DNA from: an uncultured virus (IMG/VR IMGVR_UViG_2724679570_000003)
Lineage: Duplodnaviria; Heunggongvirae; Uroviricota; Caudoviricetes
Reading direction: 5' to 3' (one strand)
DNA: 64,000 bases
Virus record (IMG/VR): IMGVR_UViG_2724679570_000003
A model generated the notes under the pieces. It saw only the letters and a list, made by a program, of their open reading frames with translations, was not told the origin of the DNA and ran no database searches. The stretch's first letter is position 1; each line of letters opens with the position of its first letter. The position numbers and the translations under genes were made by a program. Positions 41,611 through 52,407 of this stretch are shown piece by piece.

Positions 41611-42885
41611 ATGGAGGAAAAATATTTAAAGAGAGAAAATGAAACAGATTATGAATATGGTTTAAGACTTATTGAAATTAAATGTGAAGAAAATCCACAG
41701 GATTTAGATTGGCAAGACTTAGTAAGTATGCTTGATTTAAATATACATAAAGATTCTTTAAGAAAAGCTTGTAACACAACTGAGTATAGTTCTTATAATG
41801 TAATGAAATACTTTAAAAATAAACAATTACATAATATAAAAGATAATGAAATATTGAAAGAGATAGAAGAAAAGAAATTAGAATTAAAGAAAGAACGAAT
41901 GAAGTTAAATACTCTGAGAACCATAACAAATAGGGACTTGCGAGAAACTGCAAGAATAGAGTTATATTTGGAGCAATTAAAAGAAGCAGTAGAAAACATT
42001 CAACCATTGTATACTCCTAGTAATAAAGAATATAATTTTAATACAATAGAAGATAAAGTAGGATTATTAGGAATAAGTGATATACACTTTGGAAAGATAG
42101 TAGAAATTAAAGATTTAAAAGGAAATATAATTAATAAATATGACGAAGATGTGTTTAAAAAAAGAATGGACAGGTTATTTTGGGAAATCAGAAATATAAT
42201 TATAAAAGAAAAATTAGAAAAAATAGTTATTTATAATTTATCAGATTGTATAGATGGAATACTTAGAATTAGCCAATTAAAAAATTTACAATATGGAATT
42301 ATTGATAGTGTAATAAAATTTAGTGAATTTATGGCAGAATGGTTAAGTAGTTTAAGCAACTATGTAGCTATAGAATATTATCAATGTTGGGGAAATCATG
42401 ATGAAATTAGATTGTTAACAGGTAAAAAAGGTGATTTCCCAGAAGAAAATGTTGGAAGATTAATAATGGAATTTTTAGAGTTAAGATTAAAGGATAATAA
42501 AAATATAGTAATTCATAATGAAAATAAACCTTATATATTTAGTAATATTTTAGGAATGAATGTATTTGGTTTTCATGGAGAATGCAAAGATTTGAATGGT
42601 GCTTTAAAAGATTTACAAATGATATATAAAGAGGATATAGATTTATTATTAGCAGGACATTTACATAATAATAATTTGAATACTGTAGGTATGGGACAAT
42701 TTGGGGATATTCAAGCTATAAGAATCGCCTCTTTATGTGGTGTAGATGATTATTCGATGAAGCTAATGAAATCTGCAAGTGCAGGAAGTAATTTATTTAT
42801 AATTGAAAAAGATAAAGGAAAAACAATTACATATGATATTAATTTAAATATTAATAATATAATTTTGAAGGAGACTTTAGTATGA
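41611..42885 (+). CDS. calcineurin-like metallophosphoesterase (YonJ-like)
   Basis: SDIHFG, D.IDG, GNHD, FHG, GHLH motifs. Confidence 0.85.
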   Translation: MEEKYLKRENETDYEYGLRLIEIKCEENPQDLDWQDLVSMLDLNIHKDSLRKACNTTEYSSYNVMKYFKNKQLHNIKDNEILKEIEEKKLELKKERMKLNTLRTITNRDLRETARIELYLEQLKEAVENIQPLYTPSNKEYNFNTIEDKVGLLGISDIHFGKIVEIKDLKGNIINKYDEDVFKKRMDRLFWEIRNIIIKEKLEKIVIYNLSDCIDGILRISQLKNLQYGIIDSVIKFSEFMAEWLSSLSNYVAIEYYQCWGNHDEIRLLTGKKGDFPEENVGRLIMEFLELRLKDNKNIVIHNENKPYIFSNILGMNVFGFHGECKDLNGALKDLQMIYKEDIDLLLAGHLHNNNLNTVGMGQFGDIQAIRIASLCGVDDYSMKLMKSASAGSNLFIIEKDKGKTITYDINLNINNIILKETLV

Positions 42886-43520
42886 GATTGAATGATTATG
42901 ATGATTTTATAGAATATATATTGGATGAATTTGAAATAGAAGATGATATAACTGTTGTTTGTGATTATAAATTAGCAGATATATTAAACTATTATTTTGG
43001 TGATGAAGAGTATTGTGAATACAAAGGAATAAATTTACAATCTGATATCAATGAATATTATGTAACAAAATTCGGTAAAGATTTCTTTTGTATAACACCA
43101 ATAAAATATGATGAAAAAATAAAAACAACTACTGGAGATTATTTCATTATAGATAATAATGTTTTAGAGGATAATCCAACTCTATTTAATTATTTAGAAG
43201 GTAATAATTTTAAAGTTGAGATTATATATTATGATGAAGATAGTTGTGAAGATGGAAAGGAAAAATGTAATTGGGATTATAACTATATTAGATGTACTTT
43301 AGAAGATGCTAAATTTAATAGTGCTTATATTGCAGACTATACTATGGAACATGATGCAGAGGAAGAAGATATATGTTATTTAGAACTAGCGGATTTAATA
43401 GAAGAATATACTGGACTAATATTAGATAATGACTGTAAAGAAGAAGTTTTGGGACATGCTTTAACTGAATTTGCAGGTAGGATTTTTGAGAACTTTTGTT
43501 TAGAAATAACAGAGGAATAG
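42882..43520 (+). CDS. highly acidic hypothetical protein
   Basis: 212 aa, D/E-rich; coupled to the upstream gene. Confidence 0.7.
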   Translation: MRLNDYDDFIEYILDEFEIEDDITVVCDYKLADILNYYFGDEEYCEYKGINLQSDINEYYVTKFGKDFFCITPIKYDEKIKTTTGDYFIIDNNVLEDNPTLFNYLEGNNFKVEIIYYDEDSCEDGKEKCNWDYNYIRCTLEDAKFNSAYIADYTMEHDAEEEDICYLELADLIEEYTGLILDNDCKEEVLGHALTEFAGRIFENFCLEITEE

Positions 43521-43669
43521 GTTAAAATAGGAGATTTATTTTAATTAATTTTGATAGAACACATCTTGATTTAGGTGTGTTCAAATGAAAATTAATTAAA
43601 TATAGAATAATTTTAAAGAAGTTGCTATTACGTAACTTCTTTTTGTATTACATGAAATAGAGAAAGGAA

Positions 43670-44704
43670 GTGAAACGAAAAATGGCTAGTAAACCTAAGA
43701 TGAAATGTTTAGGCAAATGTCAGAAAGAAAAATCAGTTGATAAATTTTATAGAAGTCAATCACCAAAACACGAAATGTTTGATGGGTATTGTCCATATTG
43801 TAAGGATTGTTTAAAGAAACTTGTTTATATAAATGGAGTTTTTGATGTAGAGAAGTTAAAATTTGTACTTAAAAATTATTTAGATAAGCCATTTTTCAAT
43901 GACATTATAGACAATATAATGACTACAAATACAAATAATCCTTTGGGCATGTATTTAAAACAATTGAATTTAAGAAAACAAGTTGGTAATGATTCTATGA
44001 CATGGAAAGATGGAGAAGCTGGCGAGATAAAAGAAGCAGAAAGCAATGATAATAAAAAAAATAATAATTATATTGAAAAAAATAATGTGTCTCCCAAAGA
44101 ATTACAACGTTTAATTGATAAATATGGATATGGTTATACCAATGAAGAATATCTTCAATTTGAAAAAAAATGGAATAAATTAATTGATAATTACGGAGAA
44201 AAAACAGCGTTACATACAGAAAATTTAATTACATATATAAGATTTAGAGTAAAAGAAGAAATGGCAACTGCCGAGGGAGATGTTAAGTCAGCAAAAGATT
44301 GGGGAGCATTAGCAACTCAAGCAGCAAAAGATGCTAAATTAAATGTTTCTCAATTAAGTAAAAGTGATATATCAGGTGGAGTAGATGTAGTGTGTCAAAT
44401 TTTTGAGGCACTTGAAACCGAAATAGGTGTAATTCCTCTATTGCCTAAACTGATAGAACAACCTTATGACGATGCAGATTTAATAATTTGGGCAAATATT
44501 AATTATAATAGAAGATTAGAAGATAAGCCAATGGTGCAATATAGAGATATTTGGGATTTTTATGATGAAATGTTAGAGGAATATTTTAAACAACAAGGGT
44601 ATGATGACAATAAGAAAAAAGAATTTAAAGAAAAAAGGAATAATGTTTTTAGGGATTTACAACAGGTCTATAAAGAACCACTATACGAAGAGGATGAAAT
44701 ATAA
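43670..44704 (+). CDS. putative terminase small subunit (YonG-like)
   Basis: N-terminal Cys cluster; overlaps the start of the terminase large subunit. Confidence 0.6.
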   Translation: MKRKMASKPKMKCLGKCQKEKSVDKFYRSQSPKHEMFDGYCPYCKDCLKKLVYINGVFDVEKLKFVLKNYLDKPFFNDIIDNIMTTNTNNPLGMYLKQLNLRKQVGNDSMTWKDGEAGEIKEAESNDNKKNNNYIEKNNVSPKELQRLIDKYGYGYTNEEYLQFEKKWNKLIDNYGEKTALHTENLITYIRFRVKEEMATAEGDVKSAKDWGALATQAAKDAKLNVSQLSKSDISGGVDVVCQIFEALETEIGVIPLLPKLIEQPYDDADLIIWANINYNRRLEDKPMVQYRDIWDFYDEMLEEYFKQQGYDDNKKKEFKEKRNNVFRDLQQVYKEPLYEEDEI

Positions 44705-46461
44705 TGGCTAGTTATGAAAATTTTACATCAGATAACAACAAGCATAAGCATGATAGAAATGATATTTATAACAGTGCCTTTGAAAGCCCATTTAAACATT
44801 CAGATAGTGGTAAAAATACAATACAACGAAATATTCCTAAACTATCAGAGTTATGTGCTTTTCTAAGATTTTACCCTGATATATTTTATGATATGATTGC
44901 ACCTGATTCAGGAGGGATTAAGCTTGACTTATATCAAAGAATAATGATGAGAGTATTAGCTAGATTTCCAGAAAATTATTTTTGTATTCCAAGAGGGGGA
45001 AGTAAAACTTTAGTACAAATAATGGTGTGCTATCATACAGCTATTTGTTTTCCTAATATTACTATAGCAATTACAGCATCAACTAAAGAAAGTGCTGTAA
45101 AAATATGGAAAGAAAAACATGAAGAAATTTTAAGATTCTATCCAGCTATAGCTGATGAAATAAAGTCAAAAAACTTTTCTAAAGATAGTGGGAGAGTTGA
45201 ATTTCAAAATGGTGCAGTTATAGATAATTTAGCAAACGCACAAAGTAGTAAAGGTTTAAGAAGAAGAAGGGGTTCATTAGAAGAATCTGCTTTAATTGAT
45301 AAAGATTTATATGAAGATGCTATAGAGCCTATATTTAACATACCAAGAACAACTATGACAGGAGAAATAGACCCTACTGAATTAAATGGTCAAATTAACC
45401 GTTTCTCTACATCAGGATATAAAAATTCAGATGAATATGAAAAAATACTTACAATGAAAAGAAATATGGTTGATTTAAAAGGGGTTTTTGTTTTTGGTTC
45501 AGATTGGAGAATACCAGTTCATTTTGGGAGACAGAAAATGTCTACAATCAATAAAGCAAGGCAAGGAAATATTATAAGATTTAGACAAAACTATTTGTGT
45601 GATTGGATAGGTGTAAGTGATGGTGGATTAATTAATATTAGTAAATTAATGAAGGCAAGAGTTCTTTCTAATGTTGAACTTGAATGTCCAAGAGATAAGA
45701 ATAAAAACCTTTTATTAGAAGAGTATGTTATATCTGTAGACGTAGCGAGAAGTAATTCAGATAATAATAATAAAACAGCAATTGCAATACTAAAAATAAA
45801 ACGTTCTAAAAGTGATGGGAATATAAGACAAGTACAAATAGTTAATATAATTGAGCCTCCAAATGGTTTGAATTACGAAGAGCAATCAGTAATAGTAAAA
45901 AGAGAATTCTTTAAATATGGTGGAGATTTAGATTTAAATAAATCAAGAGTTAAAGCTATTGTTATAGATGCTAATATTATAGGACAAGGATTAGTCGAAA
46001 AGCTATTAGAAGATGTTACAGATTTTGAAACAAATGAAGAATTACCTGCACTTGCAACAATTAACACAGATGATAAATGTAAATCAGATGCACCAAAAGT
46101 AATATATGCTTTAAAGGCACAAGGAATTAATGGCGATATAATAAGAACATTTATAGATTATGCAGAATCTAACAAGCTAAAACTTTTAAAACAGTTTGAT
46201 GATATAAAAGATGATTTACCAAAAGATTGTGATAGTAGCAAAATAGAACAAGCTTGTATAAATACACAGTTTTTTATAGATGAAGTAGCAAATTTAAAAT
46301 TAAAAAAAACACAAACAAACATATCAGTAGAACCTATGGTCAAAAGAATAGACAAAGATAGATATTCTGCCATAGCATATGGTTTATTTTACATTTCTTT
46401 ATTTTTAGACAATCAAGAAGATGAATCATATGACGATGATGACCCATTAGTATATTATTAA
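44704..46461 (+). CDS. terminase large subunit (YonF-like)
   Basis: PRGGSKT Walker A, GLRR...LEES, SVDVAR nuclease Asp, KDRYSA. Confidence 0.9.
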   Translation: MASYENFTSDNNKHKHDRNDIYNSAFESPFKHSDSGKNTIQRNIPKLSELCAFLRFYPDIFYDMIAPDSGGIKLDLYQRIMMRVLARFPENYFCIPRGGSKTLVQIMVCYHTAICFPNITIAITASTKESAVKIWKEKHEEILRFYPAIADEIKSKNFSKDSGRVEFQNGAVIDNLANAQSSKGLRRRRGSLEESALIDKDLYEDAIEPIFNIPRTTMTGEIDPTELNGQINRFSTSGYKNSDEYEKILTMKRNMVDLKGVFVFGSDWRIPVHFGRQKMSTINKARQGNIIRFRQNYLCDWIGVSDGGLINISKLMKARVLSNVELECPRDKNKNLLLEEYVISVDVARSNSDNNNKTAIAILKIKRSKSDGNIRQVQIVNIIEPPNGLNYEEQSVIVKREFFKYGGDLDLNKSRVKAIVIDANIIGQGLVEKLLEDVTDFETNEELPALATINTDDKCKSDAPKVIYALKAQGINGDIIRTFIDYAESNKLKLLKQFDDIKDDLPKDCDSSKIEQACINTQFFIDEVANLKLKKTQTNISVEPMVKRIDKDRYSAIAYGLFYISLFLDNQEDESYDDDDPLVYY

Positions 46462-46489
46462 AAATTTAATAAAGAAGGGAGGGTGTTAT

Positions 46490-48061
46490 TTGGCAAGAAC
46501 CAAAGGGAGTAAAAATAAAACATCAGTCGAATTAGAAATGCTGCAACAAAGAATATATGAATTAGAAAAAGAAACAAATTCATATAGCGAAACAATAGAT
46601 GCTTTTACAGAAGGATTTGTAATAGATTTATTCAATAAAGACGTTATTAAAACAGTAAGTATGGAAAAGCTTCAAGAATGGTTTAATAATCCTGATGAAC
46701 ATATGCAGAAGATAGTAAATCTACTTGCATATTATTACATAATAGATGGTAACATATTTCAATTATATGATCTGATTTTTTCATTGCCGACATTAGAATA
46801 TAAAATTAATGTTTTTGAAAAAGATAAACATTATAAAGAAGATATGTTAAAAATAAAATATTGTTTGGAAAGAGAACTAAAACATAAAAATTTGACTAGA
46901 GATTTAATAGTTCAATTAGCCCACGAAGGTACTTTGTTAGGGACATGGCTAAAAAATGGAAATAAAAATTATTTTTATGTATTTGATAATTTACAATACA
47001 TTTATCCTTATGGAAGAAGCAAAGGTGAGATGGTTGGAGTTATAGATTTAGAATGGTTAGATGATAAAAGTGAAGATGAAAAAGATGCTATATTTAATAA
47101 TTTAAGTCCATTAATAACAAAAAGAAAATATTTAAGATATAAAAATGAGACAAGCAATAAAAATAATAAATATATATTTTTACCACCAGATAAATCTTTA
47201 GTAGCTAGGATACATACTTTAAGTAGAAATCAAAGGTTAGGAGTTCCATTTGGAACACAGGCTATTTTTGATATTCAACACAAACAAAAATTAAAAGATT
47301 TAGAAAAAGCTATAGCAAATAAGATAATAAAAGCTATAGCGGTTTTAAAATTTAAAGGGAAAGATGACAATGATATTAAAGTAAAAAAAGGTGAGAAGCA
47401 AAAGGTATATAAAGGGGTAAGAAAAGCATTAGAGAAAAACTCCAATGACAAAGATGGTATTACTTGTATAGCTATACCAGATTTTGCATCATTTGATTTT
47501 CCTGAAATGAAAAATGGTGATAAAGCATTAGACCCTAAGAAATATGAAAGTATAGATGGAGATATAACAAATGCAACAACTGTTTCTAATGTACTAACAA
47601 ATGGTACAAAAGGAAATTATGCATCTGCTAATTTAAATTTAAATGTATTATATTCTAAAATAGCAATATTATTAGAACAAATTGAAGAAATTTATAATCA
47701 ATTAATAATTCTTTTATTGGGTGAACGAGGTAAAAATTACACATTTGAATATATAAAAGAACCTCCATTAAGTAGAGAGAAGAAATTAGATGTATTAAAG
47801 AATTTACAAACTCAAGGATATGCTACTAAATACCTATTAGATATGATAGGCGTGAATTCAGATGAATATTATTCTGAAAGTATATATGAGATTGAGGAAT
47901 TAAAACTTAGAGATAAGATTGTTCCACCTATGAGTAGTTATACCATGAGTGGAAAAGATAATAATGAAACAGGTAGACCTGAAGAAGATGATACCACTCA
48001 AGATTCTACAATTCAAGATAAAACAAATGATGGTAATTCCAACCCAAAACCTAGTAAATAA
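46490..48061 (+). CDS. portal protein (YonE-like)
   Basis: 523 aa after terminase; C-terminal SSYT.SG...GRP pattern. Confidence 0.75.
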   Translation: MARTKGSKNKTSVELEMLQQRIYELEKETNSYSETIDAFTEGFVIDLFNKDVIKTVSMEKLQEWFNNPDEHMQKIVNLLAYYYIIDGNIFQLYDLIFSLPTLEYKINVFEKDKHYKEDMLKIKYCLERELKHKNLTRDLIVQLAHEGTLLGTWLKNGNKNYFYVFDNLQYIYPYGRSKGEMVGVIDLEWLDDKSEDEKDAIFNNLSPLITKRKYLRYKNETSNKNNKYIFLPPDKSLVARIHTLSRNQRLGVPFGTQAIFDIQHKQKLKDLEKAIANKIIKAIAVLKFKGKDDNDIKVKKGEKQKVYKGVRKALEKNSNDKDGITCIAIPDFASFDFPEMKNGDKALDPKKYESIDGDITNATTVSNVLTNGTKGNYASANLNLNVLYSKIAILLEQIEEIYNQLIILLLGERGKNYTFEYIKEPPLSREKKLDVLKNLQTQGYATKYLLDMIGVNSDEYYSESIYEIEELKLRDKIVPPMSSYTMSGKDNNETGRPEEDDTTQDSTIQDKTNDGNSNPKPSK

Positions 48062-48079
48062 AAAGTAGGTGAAAAACAA

Positions 48080-48229
48080 TTGAATAAGATATTAATTGCT
48101 CAAAATTCAAATACAATAATAATCTCACAAAAAGGGAAAAGGTTAATTATTGATAAAAATAATGAATTATATAACCAATTAAAAGATTTAGAAAAAAGTG
48201 AAATTGAAGAATGGTATTTGAATAGATGA
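48080..48229 (+). CDS. small hypothetical protein (49 aa)
   Basis: Own translation from TTG; AGGTG RBS. Confidence 0.45.
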   Translation: MNKILIAQNSNTIIISQKGKRLIIDKNNELYNQLKDLEKSEIEEWYLNR

Positions 48230-48240
48230 TATTTTAGATT

Positions 48241-49707
48241 GTGTTGAAGGGAGGTGAAGTTATGGAATTAAATGATAAAAATACAAAGAAATCAGTATTA
48301 AAAGCCCAATTAAATAGTTTAGAAATAAACGAAAAAGACCCCACAATTTTAAAAGGTACTGTAATTATACATGATTTTGAAAAATCTTGGAATAATCAAA
48401 TAATTACAGAGAAAGTTTGTGCTGAAAATATGAATACATTAATAGGGAAAAGAATTGTGTGTAAATATATATCATCAGAAGATAATTATGGATTGGATGC
48501 TTTAACTGACCATGAAGAAGTAGTTAGTAAAGATAGAGTAGGCAATGAAGTAATAACGACAGATACTATTGCGATAGGATTTATTGAAAATGTATATATA
48601 GATAATTATACAGATGAGAATGGTAATACTAAAAGGGTATTATTTGGGAATGTTGTTATTTGGAATGATGATAAATATGCTAATATAGTAGGCTTATTAC
48701 AAGAATGGATTAATCGTGGTATTAAAATACATATGTCGGTAGAATATTTATATTGTAATTATAACGTAATAGATGGAATCGAATATTTACAGACACCTAT
48801 TCTTTATGTAGCACATACACTTTTAAATTCGGAACAAAGAAATGAATATGCAGAAATTTTACCAGCGTATGATTGTGCTACATTAATTAGTTTAAATGAA
48901 AGAAAAAAGTGGAATAAAACAATTAATCAATTAACTAAAAAAAACAACAATAAACAAAATAGTAAATCTGAGAATAATTCAGGTCTAAATATAAAAAATA
49001 ATCAAGTGGAAGGTGATAAAATGGCGGAAGATATTAAAAAAAATGAAATAGAGAAAACAAATGATAATAAGGAAGCTCCTGCTATAGAAGAACAAATAAA
49101 AGAAAAGCCTAATGAATCAATTGAAGTAAATGAAAAAATAAAGTCATTAGAAAAGCAATTGGATACTAAGAATGAAGAAATAATAAAAGCTAATGAAAAA
49201 ATAGTAGATTTAGAAAGACAATTAAATGAGAAAGAAGAATCTATTAAATCATTAAATGAGAAAATAAATTCAACTAATACAGAAAAAACAGAAATAGAAA
49301 CTAAGTTTAATGATGTAACAGACAAGTTAACTTCTTTAAATACAAAAGTAGAAGAAATGAAACCAATTGTAGAAAAATACAACAAAGAACAATTTGAAAA
49401 AGAATTGAATGAAATGAAATCTACTTATGAAAAGAAATTTAAGAGTGTTAATGCTATTGAGAAATTTAAATCTGATGAAGTTCAAGAATTAATTAAAAAA
49501 TCATTAAATAAAAATAATGAAGGACAAAAAGCGATAACTTCTTTAAACAAAATGGTTGTAGATGCCATTTCTTTTGATGAAAAAGAAGATATTCAAACAG
49601 AAGAAAAGTTAAGTTTAAACTCTGTTGAAAAGGGAACAGAAAATAAAAATTTAAGAGAAGATATTAGTAAAATAGAAAACTTTTATGGTATCTCTCTAAA
49701 TGAATAA
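48241..49707 (+). CDS. head maturation protease/scaffold (YonD-like)
   Basis: Globular N-domain (H, MSVE) plus long coiled coil; between portal and capsid. Confidence 0.7.
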   Translation: MLKGGEVMELNDKNTKKSVLKAQLNSLEINEKDPTILKGTVIIHDFEKSWNNQIITEKVCAENMNTLIGKRIVCKYISSEDNYGLDALTDHEEVVSKDRVGNEVITTDTIAIGFIENVYIDNYTDENGNTKRVLFGNVVIWNDDKYANIVGLLQEWINRGIKIHMSVEYLYCNYNVIDGIEYLQTPILYVAHTLLNSEQRNEYAEILPAYDCATLISLNERKKWNKTINQLTKKNNNKQNSKSENNSGLNIKNNQVEGDKMAEDIKKNEIEKTNDNKEAPAIEEQIKEKPNESIEVNEKIKSLEKQLDTKNEEIIKANEKIVDLERQLNEKEESIKSLNEKINSTNTEKTEIETKFNDVTDKLTSLNTKVEEMKPIVEKYNKEQFEKELNEMKSTYEKKFKSVNAIEKFKSDEVQELIKKSLNKNNEGQKAITSLNKMVVDAISFDEKEDIQTEEKLSLNSVEKGTENKNLREDISKIENFYGISLNE

Positions 49708-49742
49708 TAAATAATTTGATAAATTAAAAGGAGGAAATTAAT

Positions 49743-50276
49743 ATGGCAACAAGAATGTATGATGCTTTAATGGAAAGAGGAAATCATGAAATAGGGAATT
49801 TAAACTCTATATGGGCTAACCCATTTGTAAATGGGGCAATACTAGAAGAAAATGTAGACAACTTTACTTTAGTTGAGTTGACTGGTTATGATGAAGAAGG
49901 AAATGTAAAATGTAAACAATTATCAGATATTACTAAACAAGGATTTTTAGTAACTACTGTTGAGGAAGAACATTTAATGGAAGGAGAAACTTATGTAGAT
50001 TTTTACAATGCAAAAGGTGAAATAGCTAGATTACATAGACCAAAACAAGATTTAAGATTTGAAACATCAGCTTTTGAATTAAATGCAGGAGCTGCAAAAT
50101 TAGTTTATGGTCAAGTTGCTCACTTTGACCCTGCAAAGAAAAAGTATATAATATCTGATTCTGCATCTACACACGCAGATTATGATAAGGCAACTAATAA
50201 ATTTGAAGTTGTAGGCATAGATACAGATTTTGGATATGCTTTTGATAAACAAACAATAAGATTAATGGCAAAATAA
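49743..50276 (+). CDS. head decoration/structural protein (YonC-like)
   Basis: Position before the capsid gene; strong RBS. Confidence 0.6.
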   Translation: MATRMYDALMERGNHEIGNLNSIWANPFVNGAILEENVDNFTLVELTGYDEEGNVKCKQLSDITKQGFLVTTVEEEHLMEGETYVDFYNAKGEIARLHRPKQDLRFETSAFELNAGAAKLVYGQVAHFDPAKKKYIISDSASTHADYDKATNKFEVVGIDTDFGYAFDKQTIRLMAK

Positions 50277-50295
50277 TAAAAATTAGATAAGGAGA

Positions 50296-51360
50296 GTGTT
50301 ATATATGGAAATAAAAAACTTTGATAAATTACTAGAAATGGGAAAAAGAATATATAATAATAAAATGGTAGAAGAAAAAGATAGAGATGGAAAGTTAATT
50401 CTTTCTGATGAAAATATGATTAAAAAGATATGTCAAGAAAACTTTAGTTCAAATGGTGAAATAAAAACGCTAGAAGGAGTAAGAAGTTTTAATAAATTAA
50501 TAGTTGAAGTTGCAAATGAAGAAGCAGATGCAAAAATAAAACCTATATTAGATGCTATATCTGAATACGCAAAAGTAGGAAGATATGACAAAAAGATATA
50601 TACAATAGATAAAAAGGCTAGAATATCTATGGCTTTAAGTGCTACTGCTTCAGGAGTAGATTTTGTAAGAGTATCACCTTATAGAAAAACTTTGCCAGCA
50701 CAGCCAGAAGATCATCAATTCGGTGTTTATTACAATATAGAAAGAATGATAACTGATCCCGTAAATGAGTTTAGAAATGCTGTTAATTTAGTACAAGAAG
50801 AAAAAATTAAATATTTATTTAAGAAGGTAATGGAATTAACTAGAAAAGGAAAAACATTAAATAAAATACCTGCCAAACAAACTTTTGACGCTGCAAATAT
50901 GACTTTAGTGAATTTCAGAGATATAGAAAATAGACTTTTAAGATATGGTAGAGGTGTAAGACCTGTTCTTGTAGCTGATATTAATTTAATAGATAACTTA
51001 GCTATGAAACAAGGCACAGAAAATAATAACTTCTTCTTAACAAAGGAATTAAGAGAAGAATTATTAAGGGATACTAATATTTCTCAAATATCTAGGTCAA
51101 TAGCTATAGCTACAGATAATCCATTTGTAGATGACTTAAATAGTAAAGTAGATTTACCTGTAAATGAAGGAATAATGATAGCGGGCGGAAGTAAATCACC
51201 ATTCAAGATAACTGAATTCGGTGGTCTAAGAACTGCACAAGATATGCCTTCTATAGAAAATGAAAGTGTATACTTAAAAATAGACTACAGAGTAAATGTT
51301 GAATTGTTATTAGGACAAGCTATGGGTTATATTAAAGATACTGCTGTATCTACTATTTAA
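50296..51360 (+). CDS. major capsid protein (YonB-like)
   Basis: ~350 aa; gene order; followed by terminator. Confidence 0.75.
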   Translation: MLYMEIKNFDKLLEMGKRIYNNKMVEEKDRDGKLILSDENMIKKICQENFSSNGEIKTLEGVRSFNKLIVEVANEEADAKIKPILDAISEYAKVGRYDKKIYTIDKKARISMALSATASGVDFVRVSPYRKTLPAQPEDHQFGVYYNIERMITDPVNEFRNAVNLVQEEKIKYLFKKVMELTRKGKTLNKIPAKQTFDAANMTLVNFRDIENRLLRYGRGVRPVLVADINLIDNLAMKQGTENNNFFLTKELREELLRDTNISQISRSIAIATDNPFVDDLNSKVDLPVNEGIMIAGGSKSPFKITEFGGLRTAQDMPSIENESVYLKIDYRVNVELLLGQAMGYIKDTAVSTI

Positions 51361-51376
51361 TAATTATAAATTATTT

Positions 51377-51410
51377 GGAGAGATAGATGATTTTATCTCT
51401 CTTTATTTTT
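51377..51410 (+). terminator. intrinsic terminator
   Basis: GAGAGATAGA...TTTATCTCTC followed by T-tract. Confidence 0.6.
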
Positions 51411-51428
51411 AAGGAGGATTTTTAAAAT

Positions 51429-51959
51429 ATGAATAATGATAAAAAAGTTGTATTAATAAGAAAACAAAGTACACCTTTTACAGTAAATTACCCACATGAT
51501 GGGATTTTTACTACTTATACATGGGCAGGTACACAAGGACAAATTCTAAATGATAGACCAGTTCCTTTTGAAGTTTTTGAATGGTTACAAAATTCTACAA
51601 CTACTTTTAGTGAAGGTTGTTTATTAATAAAAGAAACAGAAGATGAAGATGTTACTATGATAAAAGAAAATATTATTAATATAGATAAAGTTGAAGAATC
51701 TGTAATGTCCAAATCTGAAATAATGGACATGATAAACTCTGGAAATCATTTAGCTTTAAAAAAGAAATTAAATGATTTAATAAAAGACATGTCAGATAAT
51801 ATAAAAGAAAATACAAAAAGATATATAATTGGAGTTGCATCCGAAGAAGGTGTTGATTCTAGTGCTAAAAGAAAAATATTATGTGAATGGGCAGATATAG
51901 ATTATGAAAATAATGATTTATTTTTTGATAAGAATTTAAGGGAAATATATGATAAATAA
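51429..51959 (+). CDS. virion morphogenesis protein
   Basis: Gene order after capsid. Confidence 0.55.
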   Translation: MNNDKKVVLIRKQSTPFTVNYPHDGIFTTYTWAGTQGQILNDRPVPFEVFEWLQNSTTTFSEGCLLIKETEDEDVTMIKENIINIDKVEESVMSKSEIMDMINSGNHLALKKKLNDLIKDMSDNIKENTKRYIIGVASEEGVDSSAKRKILCEWADIDYENNDLFFDKNLREIYDK

Positions 51960-51979
51960 AAGAATAGTGGTGATAAGTT

Positions 51980-52390
51980 GTGAACACCTCATATGATGAA
52001 ATTTTTGAAAGCTTTCTTTTAAACTGTGGTATAGATACAAGTGAATTACCAAAAGATCAAAATAAAATATATTCAATAATTAATAATGCAGTTAATCATT
52101 ATAATAATTTTATGGAAGAAGATTATTATATTACAACAAATAATGAAACAGAAACAATTGATAAAAGATTAGATGGTAGTTGTTTGCTAATATTAGCACA
52201 TTGTATTAAATACACACATTTAGAAAATCAATTAATTGAATTTGAAGAAATATGGTCTCCATTTCAGAAAGAAATAGGATTTAAGAATTATAAAGATCAA
52301 ATTGCTTCTAGGGAAAAAACTTTAGAAAGAACTAAAAATAAAATAATTGAGTTAATTAGTAACATTGAAGATAGAAACTTAATGGACTAG
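51980..52390 (+). CDS. putative head-tail adaptor
   Basis: 136 aa, T.Y.EIF..F N-terminus; gene order. Confidence 0.55.
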   Translation: MNTSYDEIFESFLLNCGIDTSELPKDQNKIYSIINNAVNHYNNFMEEDYYITTNNETETIDKRLDGSCLLILAHCIKYTHLENQLIEFEEIWSPFQKEIGFKNYKDQIASREKTLERTKNKIIELISNIEDRNLMD

Positions 52391-52407
52391 TAAGGGAGGG
52401 ATTTATT